Assembly: GCA_951406725.2 (NCBI GenBank)
Contig: OX597817.1
Span: 159,650,001-159,714,000 of the forward strand
Source of the DNA: Octopus vulgaris
Lineage: Eukaryota
Direction: 5' to 3'
DNA length: 64,000 bases
Below are positions 12,623-26,330 of the stretch, piece after piece (position 1 is the stretch's first letter; each line of letters opens with the position of its first letter). Both the position numbers and the translations under genes were made by a program. The notes beneath the pieces are model-generated. The model saw only the letters and a list, made by a program, of their open reading frames with translations. It made no database searches and had not been told where the DNA came from.

Positions 12623-13879
12623 CAGGGGTTGGACAAAATAATGGAAATACCTTAAAATTTCAAACAGATATATTTTAATATGGGGTAGGACTGCTTTGGC
12701 ACTAATTACAGCTTGAATTCTACAAAGTATGGACTCGTACAAAGTTTGAATTTTTTCCAAAGGAATTTTCATTCTTCAGCTAAAACAGTCTCCAGCTCTT
12801 GTAGTGATGATGGTAGAGGATATCGACTCCTTACTTGTTTTTCTAAAATGCACCATAAATGTTCAATAATATTGATTTCTGGGGACTGTGATGGCCAGTT
12901 AAGATGTTCAACTTCAATAGAATGTTCCTCGTGCTATTCAGTAACAACTTTAGCTGTGTGAATTGGTGCATTATCATCTTGAAAGATTGCGTTTCCTCTG
13001 GAAACAGTTCCGGAACCATAGGATGAATTTGATGAGATAAAACGCTTAAATAGTCTTGACTATTAATTCTGCTATGAAGGGAAACCATTGGGCTGGCAGA
13101 TTTCCAAGATATAGCCCCTCAGATCATCACAGATCCTCCATGTTTAACAGTTGGAAGAAGGCAGTCTGGGTCAAAATGCTTCATTTGGCTGTCTCCATAC
13201 ATTTACTTGGCTGGTGATCGGAAATAAGGTAAAGGATGACTCATCCAAGAAAATAACATTCTTCCACTGCTCTAGGGACCAATTCTGTAGGTTTTTACTC
13301 CATATTAAGCGCTTTGCAATGTTTGCTCTTGAAAGTAGTGATTTTCTGATTGTAGCCCTCCCATGAAATCTGGCTTTGTGCAGCTCCCGGCAAACAGTTT
13401 TTGTGGAAACTGGGTTCTCATTAAGCTCTGCAGTAATTTTGGGAGCTGTACTTTTGTGATCCTTTCTAACAATTCGCATAAGAGTCCGATGGTCCCTATC
13501 TGAAAGTTTTGGTCTTCTTCCGGAGTTTTGTTTCGACAAGGAGCTTTTTCCCTCTTTCTCAAAGTTTGTCATTACTTTTGAGACAGAACTTCTCAATACA
13601 CCAAACATTTCAGCTGTTTTCATTACGCTAGCGCCTGCCATACGAACACCAACAATTTGACCTCTTTGAAACTCTGATAGAGCTGTCATTTTAATGAATT
13701 CTAATTACCTTTTTCTGATGATATCTGAGAAGAAACAACAATTTTAGCAAAACATATTAAGCAAAACTAATAATAAATCAGAAAGCATAAAAAGAAACAA
13801 GCTTTTGATGGTTTTATAATTATTTCAAAATTATGATGCTATGGATGCTAGATGTTTCCATTATTTTGTCCAATCCCTG
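12623..13879 (-). mobile_element. Full-length Tc1 (DDE) transposon, pseudogenised
   Basis: TIRs CAGGGGTTGGACAAAATAATGGAAA / TTTCCATTATTTTGTCCAATCCCTG. ORF 13689-13171 MTALSEFQRGQIVG...GRRPKLS...WKNVIFLDESSF; downstream QDDNAPIH and WPSQSPEINIIEHLW lie in other frames. Confidence 0.93.
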
Positions 13880-15231
13880 TAATGAATGTAATGATTAAAT
13901 AACAAAATATGAAAATGAGGAGTATCAACCAATGTATTGAATCTACTAATTATCCACAGACTACTGCAAGAGGAAATGAGACAAAGAAAACAAAAGTGAA
14001 CCATGACAAGGTGGGAAGGTGAAACTATTTCAATAATGCAAATTAGACACAGGGAAAGATTTATTTAACAGGTGTACAACCTAAGTATTAAATGATATTC
14101 TTCTATTTTAGTATGCACCACTCTAATTCTCAAGGTCTCTGACAAAGATGCTTGTGTAAACCAAATAGCTTATTGGCTAAAATTTTCAGCTTCTGTTGAG
14201 TTTATTTTCAAAATGCTAACAAAAAGCATCTCAACAATAAAAGGTAGAAATATTGTCTCCACTTTAAGATTGCATGTAAATTCTACAGATTTACTAAAAG
14301 ACAGATTGTTATTTATTTACTCAGTGCTCACCAAAATATAAAATGTGTTACTTACTGTAAGATTGATTTTCAAAATTAATATTCTAAAGGCATAGGCCAA
14401 ATCCCACTCTGTTTGTCTTTCATTACATACATAAATATCAAAGTATGGTGTAGATAAGTTTTATAGCCACATTAAAAAACATTTTGCTTATTCAAAAAGG
14501 TGAATATTGTCTGCGTTCAAGCAATGCAATAAAATCTAGTAACTCATTAGTTATGTAGCATCAAGTTAATTTGTCTTTAAAACCAAATATACTTCAAGGT
14601 TATGCTATATGAGCAATTTTAGTCTGTTTTAGTGAACTAACATATGACTAGTATTAAGCTGACGCTATTTCTTTTGCTATCTATATCTATTTGCTTTCAA
14701 AGCTATCTAGTGATTAATGCTCACTTGGTTAAACTAGATAAATAGGAAACAGAATACAATTAATGTATTATTTCCAAGAGGAATGAAATGAAAATGATAT
14801 ATGCTGGTTGTGCAATGTAAATCAGTAGTATATGAATAAGTAATGAGAAAAGATGAAGAGAAGTTATTATTGGAATACATCATACATACACATAGAAAAT
14901 TCTTGGGTCAATGAGAAAGCCACTACATGGTTGCTTACTTGTTAAAAATAGAAGTCAAATTTTCATCTTCAGGATACATTGAATAATGTGATCCTGGATT
15001 CCTAGTAACAGGATACATTGAACAATGTGGCCCTGGGTTCCTAGTACATAGGAAAAAAGATGGGATGGTCATGACTGCAATGCCATTGACCACAGGTCTG
15101 CTTGCTAGACATGAATTGAGCTGGGGTGAACAACAACAGAAAAACCTCAAAATTATGAACAGCACAATAAAAAAAAAGGGCTTAACTTTCTAGACTATGT
15201 AAAATATCATTTGAAAGGTAATTTGTATATA

Positions 15232-15530
15232 GGGTATGTCTGATTGGTAAAGAAATTCCAACCATGACATCCTAGGTTCAATCCCACTGTGTGGCATCTT
15301 AGATAAATGCAATTACCATAACTTTGGGTTAATCCAAGCTTTTTAGTGAATATGAGTAGACAGAAATTGTATCAGAGGCACTGTACCTGGAATTCAAAGA
15401 TTAAGCCTTGTCACTCTTGCATTGTGCTGATTCAACCTAAGATTTATATTAAGGTACATGTGCTTGCAGAATACTCAGCCACTTCATGTCCTTATTCAGT
15501 GAGCTGGTTATCCATCATCATCAGTGGGGA
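15232..15530 (+). mobile_element. Old tRNA/CORE-headed SINE with a third tail type
   Basis: Head TTGGTAAAGAAATTCCAACCATG..GGTTCAATCCCACTGTGTGGCATCTTAG; the 3' half differs from both other CORE-head tails. Confidence 0.5.
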
Positions 15531-15869
15531 ACAAACCATAATTAGAAATCAAGTTCAGAAACTAGAACAAACATTTTGAATTTATTGGAGCAAAGAAATG
15601 AAAAGTAACTCATAAATAATATTTAACCATAATTGTTTGTTTAAAGTAATAATTACAAAAAAGTGAAGAGGTGTGAACTGTATAAATAGGCAATAGAAAA
15701 TATTTTTATCTTTAATTTAACTTTGTTGGCATGGATCTCGCATCTGTGATGGGCATCATTATTTATATTGCATATATCTATGTATATAAAGAATCAAATC
15801 ACATTAATCACATTAATCTTGTTTGGTTTGTTTATTTCAAACACTTTGTCAAGCTACTGGAATATGGAA

Positions 15870-16330
15870 AGAGAAATTAGTGACAGTGCTGAGAAAGGTG
15901 GAAGAGAAGTATTATAAAAAGAAGTGTATCAGATAGTGAGTGGGGAACAGAAGTGACACAGAAGAAAAGATCTCCAATAGATCTGGCTTTATGAAAGCTG
16001 TACTGGTAATAAAGAGGAAGAGAATTTCAAGGTGTTAGAGAAGTTTTGTAGTTAAGAGCTGTTTCCATCATCTTTAAGATGAAGGGTGACCACTCTGATC
16101 TTGTCAAGCATCATCCTTGAGAGTGGTGTTTGGCGAGGCCAGAAAGGTTGCCCTTCTTGCAAATGGTAAACACTGTAGTATTTCCAAAGATTGAAATATT
16201 TTTAGAGAGAGAAAGAGGGGGGGATTGAAAAGTGTGGTGAGGACAGGAGCTTGTTCTGGTATATGTTGTTTGGAAGTAATGAAAGGGATAGTGTCAGAGT
16301 CAGAGGCTGCAGATCTACTATAAATAACTA
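15870..16330 (-). mobile_element. CR1/Jockey-group LINE reverse transcriptase remnant
   Basis: Fragments PEQAPVLTTLFN, ICKKG, KMMETALN, QYSFHKARSIGDLF match RT domains 0-2 (PELAP.L..LFN, PIPKKG, QYGFRK.RSTGDLL). Confidence 0.7.
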
Positions 16331-16771
16331 TTGTATTGCAGCATTTCAAATTTCTCCAGTTTTCCTTCTAAATACTCTATAAGAAATGTGGCTGGCTGTG
16401 GGTACAGTTTTCCTTAACAATTTTTAATCATGTGACTTCATTTTGTTTATGACTTATTTCCCATCAGTAATGAACTACAACTATAAGGACTGACTATATT
16501 ACTCCTTAACAAACATTACACATGATTCAAACACCTATGAAGTATATCTGAATGATATTAGCATAATACTGATTCAATATATTTTTCCTATGATGTGATG
16601 AATTGGATGAGCTAGTGATTTTGTATGAACTTTTATTTCTAAATTCCTGTGTAAATTCAAGTTCTTCCAAAAATCATTTCTATCTCTTAATCAACCAGTG
16701 CATTAACTTCATTTTTTTGTCAAAGCAGAAATACTTGCAAAAGATGTGTGTTCCAGGTTGGGTATAGGATC

Positions 16772-16965
16772 CATCATCATCATCATCATCATCGTTTAAC
16801 GTCTGCTTCCCATGCTGGCATGAGTTGGACAGTTTGACTGAGGACTGGTGAACCAGAGGCTGCACCAGGCTCAATCTGATCTGGCAAAGTTTCTACAGCT
16901 GTATGCCCTTCCTAGAACCAACCACGCAGAGTGTATTGGGTGCTTTTTATGTGCCACTGGCATGT
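16772..16965 (-). mobile_element. RTE LINE 3' end fragment
   Basis: (CAT)n CGTTTAACGTCTGCTTCCCATGCTGGCATGAGTTGGAC... Confidence 0.8.
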
Positions 16966-17648
16966 AAAAAGGTGATTCTAGAACCAAGGCGGGGGCAAAA
17001 TGAATTCATGTTGACAAAGAAACAACTCAGCATAATTTATGAAAAACAGAAATTGCTCAGAAGTTTCTACTTTCAAGGAAAAAGTAACAATGTATATTAT
17101 TGCTTTCCCCACTTCTTTTCTTACTGAATCTTGCTTTAGCTAGGTAACTTGTCTACTGTCAAAAGCTTGCAACTACCTTGACATTGTAAAGAGAAATGAT
17201 CTCCATTTATCACAAAGAAGATTGCAGCCAGATATTGAAAAGCTTGCAGGTTTGTGTAAGTCACAAGCCTCAGGTAACAATTATAAAAGTATCTTTATTA
17301 TACACCTATATTTCTAATAATTTTCTTTCTTTTTGGTAAGTAAAATACACATTATGAGATAACTTGTGACAGTCCTTATGTCTTCATGTCTTTTTAATAG
17401 AATTTTCTTTGCTATTATGGAAATGGTTGTGTTTGTAATCTAATACAACATTTTGAATCTATGTGATACAACTGTGGTTAATACATGTTGCAAATAGTAA
17501 AATATGTTTTGCCAACTAATGGCAACAGGTGGGGTGGATACAGAAGTAATTTGGGTTAAAAAAGTAGACCAACATAAGAGAAATAAATGCTGAAAATCAC
17601 TGATCTAAATCACCCATCTTGCACCACATAAATACAGTAACTTGTTTG

Positions 17649-17912
17649 TGTTGTGGCGAGAGTCATTGACACATGTGATTGGAAAAATGGACTGGCTGAA
17701 CTCTTATAAAGAGTAGCATATTGGTTGAGACAAGAACTCATAGGAGTAGTTGAGAATTTGTGCAAGTTGTAGGAAGTCGTTGAGATTGTTGAGAGTTTGT
17801 ATTTATTGGAGTATCATGTTTAGTGGAGTAATTTGAAGTATGTTGTGTGAAGACAGTTGTGTCTATCCCCACTTCATGAAATCTGTATATCCAATGTATA
17901 GAAGGATAAAAA
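17649..17912 (+). repeat. 5' LTR of the Gypsy element
   Basis: TGTTGTGGCGAGAGTCATTG...GAAGGATAAAAA; direct repeat of 20073-20319. Confidence 0.85.
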
Positions 17913-20072
17913 AAGTGGCGACAAGTTTATGCAAAGCTTACATCAGACGTTTGATACAAAATCAAAGAATAGTTAGTTAACATGGAAGATTTATTAGCCT
18001 CCATAGTGCAGTTGCAAACAGCAGTAATTACAACAAGAACAATACCAACAGTTGCTGGAATTAATGTTGAAGATCAAAAACACTTCAGTTCGTGCTCACT
18101 AGACAGCATAGCAAACACAATTGCAGAATTTAGTTATAACCCAGAAAAAGGTATTACTTTTTCTGTATATTTCTGAAGATATGAAGAAATCTTCTAAGAG
18201 GAATGCAAAAATTGGATGGATAATGAAAAAGTACGACGACTTTTAAGAAAATTATCCCCTGCCAAACACAAAAAATACTATAACTACATTCTGCCAAACA
18301 GGTTTCGATGAAGCAAATTCTTATTGAAAATTTTCAGTGAGAGAAGTTCCCTGTTCAATACAAGCTGAGAGTGTTTGAATCTAGTAAAAAAAGATAAAGA
18401 TTTTGTCACCTATGCCAGAGTCATCAATAGAGAATAGGAAAAATTCAAACTTAAAGAATTAACCACAGATATGGTCAAATGTCTAATTTTTGTTCAAGGG
18501 TTAACTGCAAGCAAAGATGCATTGATACGTGCCCATATATTGACAAAATTAGAACAGGACCAGAGTTTGACTGCAGGTAGTGGCAGAGAATTATTAATCA
18601 ACAACATGATGCAAATGAAATCAAAGAAAAGGATTACTCTCACATACTTGTGTGTTGACCTGTAACAGATAAGGAAAAAGAAAAAGGATGATCAAGACCC
18701 AATCTACGTTATGAATGCAGAGGTCTACATTTTAAAAACAACTGTCTGTTTAAAAATTTTAAATGTTTTAACTGTCAAAAAATCGGACATAAAAGCTCAC
18801 ATTATAGAGTAAAAAAAAGGTTGAATGAAAAGATTCTGGAAAGGTTTTCTCAACAGAAAGACTAGGTGAGGTTCACAAAAGAAAGTTTGTGTGCATAAAA
18901 ATGAAGTGAATGTGAAGCTACAGCCAGATACAGGCACTGATATTACAATTATTAACACTGACACATGGAAAAAAATAGGAAAGACTGCATTAACGTAAAC
19001 TTTAAAAATTGAGAAAGGTGTCTCAGGAAAAAAATTACATTTTTAGGGTGAAATGATAACTGAGGTTACATTTCAAGGTAAAAACCTTTTTTTTTTTTTT
19101 TTGTTAAATAATACAACAAACTTATTCAATACTGACTGGATGGAATTGCTTAATTTATGGGACCTCCCCATAAATCTGTTCTGTAAAAATATAAATGGCT
19201 TTTCCTCGAGTAAAACCAAGTCAGATGAATTGAAAACATAAGTAAAAAATATTTTTCCTGAAGTTCTGTCTGATAAATTAGGTCTGTGTACCAAGACAAA
19301 GGCGTATTTTCAAATAAGAGAAAATGCCATTCCAGTTTTTAAACCAAAACAAATGGTACCCTTCACAGCAATGAAGCAAGTCAATGAAGAACTAGAGAAA
19401 CTAGAAAAAATTGGAGTTATCCAAAAATTGGAATATTCTAAATGGGCAACACCAGCTGTGTATATTAAAAGAAAGAATAATAAAATCAGAGTGTGTGCTG
19501 TTTTTCCTACTAGTTTGAATGAATGTCTTAAAACATGCTACTATCCACTACCTACTCCGGAAGATATTTTTGCAAAATTAAATGGTGAATATTTTCTAAA
19601 TTGGATCTCTCTGACACGTACCTACAAATTAAAGTAGGTGATGAATGCTTGAAATACGTAACAACTAACACGCATAAAGGACTGTATAAGTACAACAGGT
19701 TACCATTTGATTTAAAAGTTGCACCAGCGATTTTTCAACAGATTATGGATGCAATGTTAGCGGGTTGTGAATTTGCAATACCATATCTGGATGATATACT
19801 CATTAAAAGCGAATCCATGGATCAACATGTTGAGCATGTAAAATATGTATTTGAAAAAATTAAGGACATATATAAGAGGCGAAAAATGGGAACACAAAAA
19901 TCAAGAGATACCCATGGAAGAGCTCTACAACACCTTTGATTTCCCAACGCCACAAGATGTCGAGCCTAGGCTTAGAAGCACAAGAAAGGGGAAACAAACA
20001 GAACAATTGGAAGTGGTGCCTAAATGGAAGAAATATTAAACTTCCCTAGGAAGTAAATCTCAAATGGGGAGA

Positions 20073-20319
20073 TGTGGCAAGAGTCATTGAAATCCCTGTG
20101 GGATTGGAAGAATGGACTAGCCAAACTTTTATAAAGGGTAGCGTATTGGTTGAGATGAGAAGTTGTAGGAGTCATAAAGAGTTTGTGGAAGTCATTGAGA
20201 ACTTGTATTTATTGGAATATTGTGTTTAGTGGACTAATTTGAAGCACATTGTGTGAAGACAGTTGTGTCTATCCCTGCTTCATGAAATCTCTATATCCAA
20301 TGTACAGAAGGATATAAAA
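20073..20319 (+). repeat. 3' LTR of the Gypsy element
   Basis: TGTGGCAAGAGTCATTG...GAAGGATATAAAA, directly after the PPT. Confidence 0.85.
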
Positions 20320-21925
20320 GTTTGTGTGCTACATTATTACGCATGTTGACAACAACAACAAGAACAACAAAAAGGCTCCTCCCACACACACTTATTAGTA
20401 AATAATTCTAGTGCATAAATCTGGTTTCATCTGGCTTAGAACTAAAATTAACAGAAAGAATATAATCAATCAAGTTTTTCACTCATCAGTTTCAATCCAC
20501 ACTAATCTTCTTCATGCCAATTCTCAATGATATTTTGATAAAACATGTTAGTCCACAGCAGTTACAGCTTTGTGATAGGGATTTATAAAGCTGTCTTGAG
20601 ATAACAGCAATAGTAACTCATTATTTCAGAAAAACTGATTAAAGAAAATCACCTTTCCTATAAGTACTTTTATTCTCATTACTACTAAATACAGTACATT
20701 TTCTCATTATTACTAGATCCAATACATTTTCTCCAGATAACTATACTGAATATCTCATCTATTTTGTGATCATATATGTATAAAACACTTTGCTTCTATA
20801 ATCCTTTTAACCACATAAATATTTCCTTAATGTTATTTGGGATTTTTCAAATTTAAAGATAATGTATTTTTCTCATGATTATCTTTATCAAGAATACCAT
20901 AAATTAGATTATCTCTTCTGTTTTACATTTCTAGACACAAACCATTTATGCAAAACAAAAATGAAGCAGAATAGATGCCTGATTATTGCACATAAAAACC
21001 AGCTGAAAGATTGGAGAAATGCATAAATCTTTCATAAGGAAAAAGCAAGACTTAGTCCTTATTAATCCAATTAAACATGAAGCCTCTTATCTCCATGATG
21101 TGCCAATTTGATTAACGAACCCAAACATTTGAAAGCAAGGCTCTTTCAAATAGATCCTAGACATGATTTTACAATTTGTTCCACATGACCTCACTAAGTC
21201 AACATTAAAAAGAGTTACAAAAATATATTCCTTTGTGAACCTAATCCTCCTAACAGAAAAGCAAAGGGTTGATGCATCCCCTTAGACAAATGTCAGAAAT
21301 TAGAAGGTAGCTGTTAGTGTATGAAATGAAATCTAGTACAGATATCAGTTTTTTTAGCACTTTCTCATGTAAAAAAAACTATGCAAAGAATGAAACATCT
21401 TAAAATAACATTTCAAACATGTTTTGTTTTTTTGATTAACATATAACAACACAATCCTCTCAGGATGTTGAATAATTAGCTAGTTGACTTGGTTAAATAT
21501 AGAAGCTGCTTGACTAGATTTTAACATTCCTATAACATAGAATCTAAAATTTATGAAAAATCTGAAATAAGGAGTTAAAATCTAAACAGTATAATAGCAA
21601 TTGCTACTGTATCTATTGTAGCTTACTTTTTCTTTACTCCATACTTTTAACTCTATACATTCCAAGCAAGAACTCAAAATAATATCTTCAAGACATCAAA
21701 TTCTAATGTTAACTATACATAAAGAACTATCTAGCAAATAGAATTAGAAACTGTGAGTAGATCAAAGAATCTTGCAATGTGTCATACGATTCAGCAAACA
21801 ATACAGTTTGTCTAGGAGTAAAGTTTGTTTGGGAGTAATGTTGTCATTAAAAATGAGTGATTAGTTTTATCTGAAAATAGTATAAGTTCATATACTGGTT
21901 GAGTTATGCTTTGCTGAAAGTTTAA

Positions 21926-22145
21926 CCCTTTCGTTACCGTATTTATTTTGAGATGCACTGTGCTTCTTTCAATTACTTTAAATATGACAAAGAATTTAGT
22001 AAAATAACTTAGTTATCATTCAGCTAGTGTTAGGAACATAAATTGTGACTAAGGTTTGGTGAAAGGTTTTAGTTCAAAACTTTTTAAAACAAGACATTTA
22101 TACTCAGAGCCAGAGCCAGTTTCAGCCGGGTTGGTAAAAAAAGGG
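21926..22145. mobile_element. piggyBac-type MITE
   Basis: TTAA|CCCTTTCGTTACC ... GGTAAAAAAAGGG|TTAA; 220 bp, non-coding. Confidence 0.8.
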
Positions 22146-22227
22146 TTAAAATTTTACTTACATCTTAGAGTTGTAATAAAAGTATTTTAAAATTTCTAAT
22201 AACCAAAATAAATACATTAACCAACGT

Positions 22228-22440
22228 TATCATCATCATTTGATGTAAGTTTCCCAAGTTGGCAAGGGTTGTTTAGTTTGACAGGATCCGGCAAGCTGCT
22301 GGACCATGTTCAGTTCCATTGTCAGCTTTGACATAGTTTCTGTGGCTGGATGTTCTTCCTAACACCAACCACTTTACAGTGTGTACTGGGTGCATTTTTC
22401 ATGCCACCATTACTAGTAAGGTCGCCAAGTAACTTGCAAG
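22228..22440 (-). mobile_element. Old RTE LINE 3' end
   Basis: (CAT)n followed by diverged 3'UTR (GGCTGGATGTTCTTCCTAACACCAACCAC). Confidence 0.7.
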
Positions 22441-23383
22441 ACAAAAGGGAAAAAGTAAAAAAGCCTCCTCAACTAAATGTGGGAGAACATATTTGAGATG
22501 GGGAGGAGAGCAATGATTCTATGCCATGTGTTAAGAGGCTATAGTGTGATGGGGGTACAAACCCAGGTATCTTCTTTCCAGGTACACCAACTCACTCTTA
22601 ATTCATATGAGGTTGGCTTGTGTCTCCTCTATAGCAAGACATTAACCAATGTTACACTTTGTAAAATATTTTGAGTCATCCATCCCTTAACAGCATCAAG
22701 GAAGGGTATATAAAACAAAACTATTTAAATAAAGAAATAATGTAATGTTTATACCACTCTGGATCAATGAAAAAAATGACATCAAGGTAACAAAAATAAG
22801 TGAACGTATATGGATTTAACACAGGCTAATAATATTCATAATATCTACTCCCAAAAGTTATTTGCTCCAACAAACATACTACTTGCAACATAAAAAGCAT
22901 TTCTTGCAAAATGTAGAATATATCTTTAACAATCCCCTACTTCTTACCACATAGCCAACCTGCACCTACATAATTCTTATATTCTTGGCCTTGTGTTTTA
23001 GTGAGTGAAAGAAGTTTTCTTCCCAATTACATGGATCCTTGGACAAATGTCTTCCATTATAGTCTTGAGCAGGCCAAAACCTAGTGAGTGGATTTGGTGG
23101 ACAAAAACTGAAAGAAGTTCAGTGTGTGTATACACACACACATTTATATAACATATAATACACATTTGTTATGCTTGATTGTGAATTTCTAATGTATCAC
23201 AGTATTGTTATTCTGAGTTATCCTTTATTCTTGTAAAGTGAAAAGTGTTTGTAGATTCGTAGGTTCTGAAGATCACTTACATTGTTATTGGTTGTTTTTT
23301 CCTTCACAGGTAATCTAATTAGGCTTAGATATCGGTGTCTAGTTTTGGGAGGTTCTGTGGCAAATGTGTGTGTTCCCCACTAC

Positions 23384-23619
23384 CTATTTCTTTACTACCC
23401 ACAAGGGGCTAAACACAGAGAGGACAAACAAGGACAGACAAACGGATTAAGTTGATTATATCGACCCCCAGTGCGTAACTGGTACTTATTTAATCGACCC
23501 CGAAAGGACGAAAGGCAAAGTCGACCTCGGCGGAATTTGAACTCAGAACGTAGCGGCAGACGAAATACCACTAAGCATTTCGCCCGGCGTGCTAACGTTT
23601 CTGCCAGCTCACTGCCTTA
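23384..23619 (-). mobile_element. Young Meta-domain tRNA SINE
   Basis: Full head with B box GAGTTCAAATTCC and core GACTTTGCCTTTCGTCCTTTCGGGGTCGATTAAATAAGTACC. CpGs intact. Sits between the two halves of an older CORE SINE (22995-23130 and 23620-23795). Confidence 0.85.
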
Positions 23620-23974
23620 GTGTCCCCAACTACCACTTGACAACTGGTATTGGATTGTCTACATCTTCAAAACTGAGTAGTTCAGCAGAGAGATTAATAG
23701 AATAAATATTAGGCTTTCAAAAAGTGTACTGGGGTCAATTTGTTCGACAAATCCCTTCAAGGTGGTGTCCCATTAAAACAAGTAAAAGAAAAAGAGATTT
23801 TATTTTGTTATAGCTTAACTAACAACAGATAATTCCAATGATTAATTTTAGAACTTAAGATGATCCACAACAATATTAACCTTAATATTGTCATTAAATT
23901 ACTCATTTTAAAGTAACTGAATCTCAGTAAAGCCCAAATCTGAAGTCAACTCAGGACTCATAATTAAATCTCTA

Positions 23975-24425
23975 ATTTAGGCACAACAAATCAAGCAATT
24001 TAGAGGAAGGTGTTACTTGATTAAATCAGTTCCAGTACTTGAGTGGTATTTCATTTTATTGACCCCAGAAGGATATCAGAGAAAGCTGACTATGGCAGTA
24101 TTTGAACTCAGAACATAAAGAGCTGGCACAAATACCACAAAGTATCCCCACCAAAAACACACAAAGCTCTACTGATTCTGCCAACCCACTACCCTACTCA
24201 GGCATAATAATTCTTTCTACCATAGGAACAAAGCCAGAAATTTTGGGGAAGGGGTTAAATTAATTAAATCAACACCAGTACTTGACCGGTACCTATTTTA
24301 TTGATCTTGAAGAGATGAAAGGCAAAGCTGACCCCCAACAGAATTTGAATTCAAAATGAAATTAGTCAGGAGAAATACTGCTAAGCATTTTTCTTTGGTG
24401 CTAATGATTCTGCCACCTCACCTAA
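23975..24425 (-). mobile_element. Two adjacent old Meta-domain SINEs (alternative tail)
   Basis: Each has GGTA..TTTATTGAC/T..GAA..GGC/AAAGCTGAC...ATTTGAA core and a tail resembling CTACCATAGGAACAAAGCCAGAAATTTTGGGGAAGGG. Confidence 0.65.
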
Positions 24426-24657
24426 TAATTCAATGAAATATTCTGATACTTAAGTGGAGATGGAAATTATCTTTAGAGAACTGTCAATAGTAGTAATGCT
24501 ACTAATAGAGTAATAGTAGCAGAACATTTCCTAAACAGTCCTAAAATTTCAGTAAATAATTTGTGTTGTGGTAAGCAACAATAAAATATTATTTTTCACC
24601 AATAAAAACACCAGCATAAGAAATACCAAGAAAACAGAGAGGATTTACACACACACA

Positions 24658-25052
24658 CTCTTTTATTCTTCTACACGTTTCAGTCATTTGACTATGGCCA
24701 TGCTGGAGCGCTGCCTCAAAGGGTTTTAGTCAAAGAAATTAACCCCAGGACGTATTCTTTGTAAGCCTAGTACTTACTCTATTAGTCTCTTTTGCTAAAC
24801 CGCTAAATTATGGGGATATAAACACACCAGCATCAGTTCTCAAGCGATGGTGGGGGAACAAACACAGACCCAAAGACACATACATAAATATACATATATA
24901 TACATGACAGGCGTCTTTCAGTTTCCATCTACCAAATTCACTCCCAAAGGTTTGGTTGGCCTGAGGCTATAGTCAAAGACACTTGCCCAAGGTGCCATGT
25001 AGTGGGACTGAACCTGGAACCATGTGGTTAGGAAACAAGCTTCTTACCACAC
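24658..25052 (-). mobile_element. CORE-type tRNA SINE
   Basis: Near full-length homologue of 38821-39204; the head runs into (TA)n at 25055-25120. Confidence 0.85.
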
Positions 25053-25054
25053 AT

Positions 25055-25128
<74 letters not shown>

Positions 25129-25310
25129 TAAGTGAGTGAACAAACAAAAGAAGAGCACTCAACAAATTTATTGGGAGTTACATTATGGATCAAAACAGTT
25201 TGATGCAAATTTCTTGGTACTCTTGAGTTTCAAGCATGATGCTAGTCTTCAGCCCATTTTGAAAATGTGTGTGTGTGTGTGTAGACACACATACACTATA
25301 TATATATATA

Positions 25311-26330
25311 TCATCATTATTTAACGTCCATTGTCCATGCTGGCATGAGTTGGACTGTTTGACCAGGGCTGGCAAGCTGCACCAGACTCCATTCAGATTT
25401 GACATCGTTTCTACGGCTGCACGTCCTTCTTAACGTCAACCACTCTGCGAGTGTGATAGGTGCTTTTACGTGCCACCAGCACAGGTGTCATTTGAGTGAC
25501 ACCAGTATCTGCCATGACTGCGATTTTACTTGGCTTGATGAGTCTTCTTCTCAAGCATGACACAATACCAAATATCTTGGTCATTGCCTCTGTAAGCCCC
25601 AACACTCAAAAGGAGTTCAGCCACTCTGCCTCTGTGAGGCTCAATGCCCGAAAGGTACTTTTTACAGGACACCAGCATCAGCCATGACTACCATTTCACT
25701 TGGTTTGACAGGTCTTCTCAAGCACAGCATATCACCAAAGGTCTTAGTCATAAATCATTGCCTTTGTGAGGCCTAAATTTCGAAGATCATGCTTCACCAC
25801 TTTGTCCTATATCTTCTTGAGTCTACCTCTTCCACAGGTTTCCTCCACAGTTAGAAATTAGCACTTCTTTACACAACTGTCCTCGGCCATATACATCACA
25901 TGACCATACCAGCACAGTCATCTCTCTTGCACACCACATCTGATGCCCCTTATGCCTAACTTTTCTCTCAAGATGCTTACACTGTCAAATATGCACATTG
26001 ACATTGCACATCGAACGAAGCATACTGACTTCACTTCTTTCAAACCTATGCATATTCTTGGCTATCACAGCCCATGTTTACTGCTATGTAGCATAGCTCT
26101 CCGCACTCAAGCATCATACAACCTTTCACTCTGAGAGAGAGAGAGAGAGCCCCTTTGTTGCCAGCAGAGGTAGGAGTTCTCTGAACTTTGCCCAGCCTAA
26201 TCTTATTCTCACAGTACAGCTATGCTCTCAGAGCACCCACCTCTGCTAATAACTTTGTCACCTAGATAACAGAAGCTATCTACTACCTCTAGCTCACCCC
26301 ACTGACAGTTGATGGAGTCTATTTTCTGTA
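25311..26330 (-). mobile_element. Old RTE LINE 3' fragment (C-terminal ORF + 3'UTR)
   Basis: Colinear with 31481-32770 (GGTCTACCTCTTCCACAGG, CATGACCATACCAG, CCTAGATAACAGAAGCTATC); decayed. Confidence 0.85.

Larger units (their letters stand above)
17649..20319 (+). mobile_element. Gypsy-type LTR retrotransposon, internally deleted and decayed
   Basis: Two ~250-bp LTRs; GTTTG TSD (17644-48 and 20320-24); PBS TGGCGAC at 17916; PPT GGGGAGA before the 3' LTR. Gag fragments (FSYNPEKGITF, KCLIFVQGL), CCHC knuckle relic, protease DTG (DTGTDITII), RT (WATPAV, KIRVC, YPLPTPEDIF, RLPF.LKVAPAIFQQIMD, YLDDILI). RNase H and integrase are missing. Confidence 0.9.
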
